Shown here one piece after another: positions 58,833 through 64,000 of a stretch of DNA of 64,000 bases. The stretch is from assembly GCA_001724265.1 (NCBI GenBank), contig MEDY01000045.1, positions 1 through 64,000 on the forward strand, in the 5' to 3' direction. The notes under the pieces are model-generated. The model had not been told where the DNA came from. It did not search any database and saw only the letters and a program-made list of their open reading frames with translations. The first letter of the stretch is position 1, and the number at the start of each line of letters is the position of its first letter. The DNA is from Rhizaria sp. SCN 62-66. Lineage: Eukaryota. The translations under genes and the position numbers were made by a program.

Positions 58833-61557
58833 TCACAGCACCCCAGACAGCGCCCACTGCAGCGCGCTCGCCTCCCCCGCGCTCTCGCACTCAATCTTGC
58901 ACGAGACCACCCACGCCTCGTCAGAGCCCGCCTCCGCCGCAGCCCCCGGCGCCTCAGCGCGGCGCTGCAGCCGCTTCCACGTTCTGACCACGCCCTCCGC
59001 CGCCGACGACCTCCGCGCCGCCACAGCCCCCTGAGTCGCCCCACTGCCGCTGAGCGTGTGATACACGGCAGAACCGCCTACGGTGACCACGCGCACGGTC
59101 GCGGCCTTGGAGGCGTCGCCACCGCCGAGCGGCGTTCCGTCGGGGTTGAGCTCGATGTCGCCCGTGCCGCGCACCGGGGACCGCGCCCGTCCCGCGGCCG
59201 CGAGCTCGGCCAGCGCGTGCGAGGGCTGCCAGTCGCCGCGGACCGCCACGGCAACGCAGCCGCCGCCGCGCGCAGCAGGAGCATCGGGGCCACTCGCACT
59301 GAGGCTGCTGTCGCCGCCGCTTACATTCGCGTTGTCCGGAGCGGACACAACTAAAGCTGCGGGGAGAAAAATAGTCAAGTGGTGCGACAACGCGGTCGAC
59401 AGCTCCGCCGCTAGCGCTGCCAGTGGTACGGGAGGAAACGACTCGCCGCTCAGTGTTATGCCAAGGCCTAGTGGGGCATTATTATCGTCTTCCTCCGCAG
59501 CAGCCGCGCGCGCGGCGCACGGGGCGAGCCGCGCCTGCGCGCTGAGGGTGTGCGCGCGCGCCAGGAGCGCGGTGAGGGCCGGCAGCAGGTGCGCGGGCGC
59601 AAACGCCGCGCCGGCGGTGCCGACCACAAGCGCGAGGCGCGCCTTGTCAACCGTGACGGGACCGGCCCAGAGCACGTGGCCCACGCGCGCCGCCGCTCTC
59701 GCAGCAGCGTTGTTGTGATTATTGGTGACAGCGACTGTGGTGGGGGCGATGAGGGTGACGAGGTCGTGAAGCTGGACGAACTGCGACACTGCAAAGCGCG
59801 CACAGTCGCCGATCACCAGCGACGGCACCTCCTCAGCCGCCACAGGCGCTGCAGATGTTACATGCGCTGCTGGCGCTGTCACTGGAGACGGAACAGCGGA
59901 ATCCTCGTTGGAGTTTGGATCAGTCGCAGCATTGTTCGAGCTGCTCGCAGCATTGGCATTGTTGCTATTGTTGTTGTTCGCGGCGGCGGCAGCGTGATGC
60001 GTGTGCCCATCGGCGTTATACGTCCGAGAATGACCGTGTGTGTCGAGACGAGATGCAACCTCGTCGTAGAACCAACGCTTCTCGCTCACACGGCGCTCGT
60101 ACACAGAACCAACGAAGTGAGCAAGCTAAAGATACGAATCAAGCAGAACAGGATTAGAACACGAAACATGTACGTGAGATTGATTCAGCACACAACTGGT
60201 CTTACAAGTGAAACACGTTGAGCTAAAAAAACATTCGATCTATCGCGGTTTTAGCTGATCCAGCTTTTCGGCACTGACCTTGGTGCGGCACATCTCGAAG
60301 CCCATGCAGGCAAGAGAGCGCGTGACGTAGTTAACGAGCGCAACGGGCACAAACGAGAGCTGCGGGTCGACGTTGATAACGACGGAGACGACGACGCGGT
60401 GCGGGCCGGCGACGCGAACGAGCCCGCCGCAGAGCGCGGGGGCCAGACGGGTGACGCGGTACGGCGCAGGCGGGCACGGGTCGGCCGGGAACAGGGACGC
60501 AAAGGCCGGGACGGGCGCTGTGGCCGTGGCGGCGGTGTGGCCGATGATGGCGAGGCAGCCGCGGTGGAGGAGGTCGACGCCACGCGCGTGCAGCACCATG
60601 TCGCGGTCCTGCGAGTGGGAACAACAAAAAACAAGTAGACAGACACAGATTCCAAGAGTAAGCAAAAAGTATATGCAAATTTTGTGATAAAATCATAGAA
60701 ACATACAGCAAGTATATCAGTGAAAAAAAATCACATCTATCCGTTTCCTTTTTCAGCGAGATACACGTACTTCAAAGGGGAAATATAAGCCGAGCCTGAA
60801 GTATGCTAGTTGCGCAAAGACCGACAGCTGCGCAATCCTGCGTGCGTCGAGCTTGACGAACTTAATGAGCGACGGCATGAGGTCGACCTCGTTGATGAGC
60901 GCGACCATGCGCAGCACGGGGGCCGGAACGATGGCGTGCACCTTGATCGAGTGCATCCGACTCCCGGGCTCTTGGCGGTAGAGGCCGCGGATGCCGTCCT
61001 TGTTCGCAATCTAAACAAAGTTACATTACACAAGAGAAAGAGCACAATGTCATCAACTTGAGTAACTTAAAAGCGTACCCCGGAGCCAACTTATTCGTAT
61101 CTGACGTGTATCGAGTTGCGGAGAGTAAATTACGTACCTGTGTCCAGCCGTCGTCGTCAGCGATGGTGTCGAGTAAGCGGTTCAAGTCGTCCCAGTCTGT
61201 CACGATGTCGTCCAGCCACGGGTTGCGCCCAACAACAGCTGACCACTGCTCCGCAGTAACTTGTTGCTGCAGCCGCCAGCGGGCTTGATACGCGTGCTCA
61301 ATCTGTAGGGCATCGATTGAAAGCAAAGTGGGAACAACAGTTTGTGAGTGAACACGGCGCTTTCACTAAGAGATAGAGCGATTCAGATGAGGTGGGGTGA
61401 GAGTTATGATACAACTTTCGTGCTTTATAGTGCGTACCTTATCCTTACAATAGTGCGCTGCACATTCTTCAAGTAGCGCTTCGTTGGTAGCGGTCCAGGA
61501 GTCGCTCAGCTCGATGCGAGTGACTTCGATTGAAGGCACCGGCGGAGCGTCACTCAT
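58833..61557 (-). CDS. START-like lipid-binding domain protein with additional C-terminal region (~715 aa, 5 exons)
   Basis: Exons 61557-61438, 61302-61138, 61010-60771, 60608-60279, 60125-58833 (all phase-0 GT-AG introns). Reads DDGWTQ|IANKDGIRGLYRQEPGSRMHSIKV...INEVDL...FPFE|DRDMVL...NVDPQLSFVPVALVNYV; ends TGA. Confidence 0.8.
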
Positions 61558-62643
61558 ATCTTAGTACTCGTAAAGCCGCTTGAAGTTCGAGAGCAGTATA
61601 ATGTAGAAATGCAATGTTTAATTAGTCTTGTTAGTGGTTAATGCCTGTTGACGGCTGGTGCACACGCTTGTAAGGTCCTGAAATCTAGCGACGTGCCACT
61701 TTCCCGTTGCAATTTCTCCAAACCGCGTTCGTGGTCAAATCACATTCAACTCGAACACGTTTGCATAACGATTCAGTGACGAGCCAGTTATCGTGCAGAT
61801 GTATACATGTACGTCGTTCTGTGCAATATGCGAGCATGCTGTCTGTTTAGATTTGGAGGGAAGGAGAACAATCGTGTATGGAATTACAGTGTCCTCTTCA
61901 CTGACAGAGGTTATGACAGCGTCGATTTACACACACACGCACACACGTAAAGCACGGGTACATGTTTCACCGGATTAGTGGCGACGAGAACACCTTGCAG
62001 ATAGTGTTGTGAAAGATAGTAGTGGCGGTAGTGACAGTAAACGGCTAGGAATGGTAACGTGCAACTCTGCCCTGGGAAAAAACCAGTGACAGTGACACGA
62101 AAATGATACGAAAGGATAGGCTAACAAAAAGAACTAGTAGGTTTGGTTGTGCTTACAATCGCACATACAGCGTTTTGAGAGAAAACAAAATACAAAATGA
62201 GAGTAGAAGAAAACAAACGAGTGTCGTATACACAGGGATAACAGGAGACATGCCAAAACACAATTGAGTGCGGCCGAGTCATCGAGTAGTTATGCCTCTT
62301 GGTACTATGTCGCGTAGCAATTACACATAATCTGTGCTTACAGAGCCTAATAAGACGTACAACACAAATACCAACGTACATAACCTGCAAAAAGTGTGCG
62401 ACATACCAAATACCAAGAAACAACGTGAAAACCAAACTAAAAACACATCAACCAACAAAACACGAAGACAACATGGCGGCGAAGCCTCATCGGTAAGACA
62501 TCAATACATAACACATATGTAGAACGAACACGTGGCATGACACCAAATCGCGTTTCTTAAAAAAGCTAAACGAACCCAAATAAAAAGGTCAAAGTCCAAA
62601 ATACAGGTCAATAAGATCGTAAACGTGTTCACAATGACAAACT

Positions 62644-64000
62644 TTACAGGGTGTTGATGGGAGCAAGATCCGCACCGTTCGCAGTGCTTCCGGCGACGGC
62701 GGGAGACCATAACTGGGTTTTGACGCTGCTGATGGGAACGTTGCCGCTCGGAAGGGACGACAAGCTGATCTCGTTGCCACTGTGAACAGCAGCAGCGGCA
62801 GCGGCAGCGCCGCCGTGAGCATGGCTCATCGCAACGTCGCTCATGGAGTCCGCATTACTGAGGCCGTCGCCTTCGCTGTTCCTGCCGCCGCCGCCGTTGA
62901 CCGCGAAGTCGTCGTCGTCGCCGTCGAGGGCGCTGGGCGCTGCTGGCAGCTCCCCCGCGGGCAGCCGCACGTACTTGTGCTGGCGCTGCGGACGGCCCAC
63001 AAAGCACGCCGCAGCCAGCAGCGCGACCTTGCTAGCCTCCCAGAACGCGTCCATGTAGTGCTGCGGCGTGACGGCGGCGCTGGCCTGGAGCGCGGAGTCG
63101 ACCATCATGACCGCGGCGGCGAGCGCGAGCGCGAGCACGAGCTGCAGCGCGAACTCGCGGAAGAGCGTGCGCGCGTCGACCGCGGTGCCGGCAACGGCCG
63201 CAGCCTTGGGTTGCGCGCGAGCCGCGTAGAGTGCGAGCGCGAGCATGGTCAGCGTGGAGAGCACGAGCAGTGCGCGCAGCCACGAATACCAGGCCAGCGT
63301 CGCGAGGGGCTGGTGCGCCGAGTTGAGCCAGAGGAGGCCGACGGCGGCGCCGGCGGAGGCCAGCGCGGTCTCGGCGACAACGGTCGCACGCGGCAACATG
63401 AAGTAGCGCGTGCGCTTCCAGCCCGTGTAGAGCGCGAAGACGAGCAAGAGCGCGCAGTAGGCGCGGGTGCCGGTGGCCGTGGCGACGAGGTGGGGGTTGT
63501 AGCCGACGCGGGCGGTGACGATGAGGCGCAGCGCAAATATCAAGTCGCCGAAAAGAGAGAGCGTAGTGAGCGCGACAATGGCCCAGTGCTCAGGGCCAAC
63601 GGCGGCGTAGTTACGGACGAGGAGAAACAGCCACACGAGTAAGAGTGCAAGCGTGGCGCCCATAGCGACGAAGGTGATCACGACGGATTTAATCGCGAAT
63701 GCAGACGCCATTGGAGGATTTTCCGGAGTAATCGTGTACTTGAGCGACACCGCCGTGCTTGGCTCGCAGTTGGAAAAATAGACGTAATATGTTGCAGGGT
63801 CACGCAGCGTCGTGATGTACGAGCGGTGTCCCCAAACGGTCTGCGAGGCGAGCGCGATGACGTCGTAGAGAGCGCCCTCGCGGTAGACTTCGTGCGCGCA
63901 GTGATCCGGCATAAGTTCGCCATATGCAATAACGACGCCCATGTTGAAGCGGTACTGGTCCTCGTCGTCGGGAAGCGGGGCGAAGGTGGTGAGAGAGACG
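62644..64000 (-). CDS. Second GPR107/108-like 7TM protein, 5'-truncated by the window edge
   Basis: Frame is open to the window end. ATYYVYFSNCEPSTAVSL matches the 55989 gene; multiple hydrophobic helices; ends TAA. Confidence 0.65.
   Translation of the reverse strand, partial: VSLTTFAPLPDDEDQYRFNMGVVIAYGELMPDHCAHEVYREGALYDVIALASQTVWGHRSYITTLRDPATYYVYFSNCEPSTAVSLKYTITPENPPMASAFAIKSVVITFVAMGATLALLLVWLFLLVRNYAAVGPEHWAIVALTTLSLFGDLIFALRLIVTARVGYNPHLVATATGTRAYCALLLVFALYTGWKRTRYFMLPRATVVAETALASAGAAVGLLWLNSAHQPLATLAWYSWLRALLVLSTLTMLALALYAARAQPKAAAVAGTAVDARTLFREFALQLVLALALAAAVMMVDSALQASAAVTPQHYMDAFWEASKVALLAAACFVGRPQRQHKYVRLPAGELPAAPSALDGDDDDFAVNGGGGRNSEGDGLSNADSMSDVAMSHAHGGAAAAAAAVHSGNEISLSSLPSGNVPISSVKTQLWSPAVAGSTANGADLAPINTL

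Overview
Gene-dense nuclear DNA of a eukaryote, probably a flagellated protist (it has a CLUAP1/IFT38 gene). GC-rich exons full of Ala/Gln/Ser low-complexity tracts alternate with AT-richer spacers, and there are 11 short GT-AG introns (112-187 nt, mostly GTACGT donors). About 15 genes are supportable: type II pantothenate kinase, two low-complexity proteins, an RNI-like LRR/coiled-coil protein, a helical-repeat protein with a degenerate cyclophilin-like domain, a DHX33-like DEAH helicase, a C2 + histidine phosphatase, CLUAP1, a hypothetical helical protein, a Sel1/F-box protein, a Cys/His-motif low-complexity protein, Rab7, a START-like protein and two GPR107/108-like 7TM paralogues. Main discovery: five in-frame TAG codons in four genes (2087, 19392, 22769, 28142, 29015) each join two long ORFs in the same frame. 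All 15 credible gene ends are TAA (8) or TGA (7), never TAG. This points to a non-standard nuclear genetic code in which UAG alone is a sense codon (Gln most likely) while UAA and UGA remain stops. Secondary signal: splice-acceptor-like sites just upstream of many start codons, which could be 5'UTR introns or spliced-leader trans-splicing. No tRNA, rRNA, CRISPR array or mobile element was recognised.
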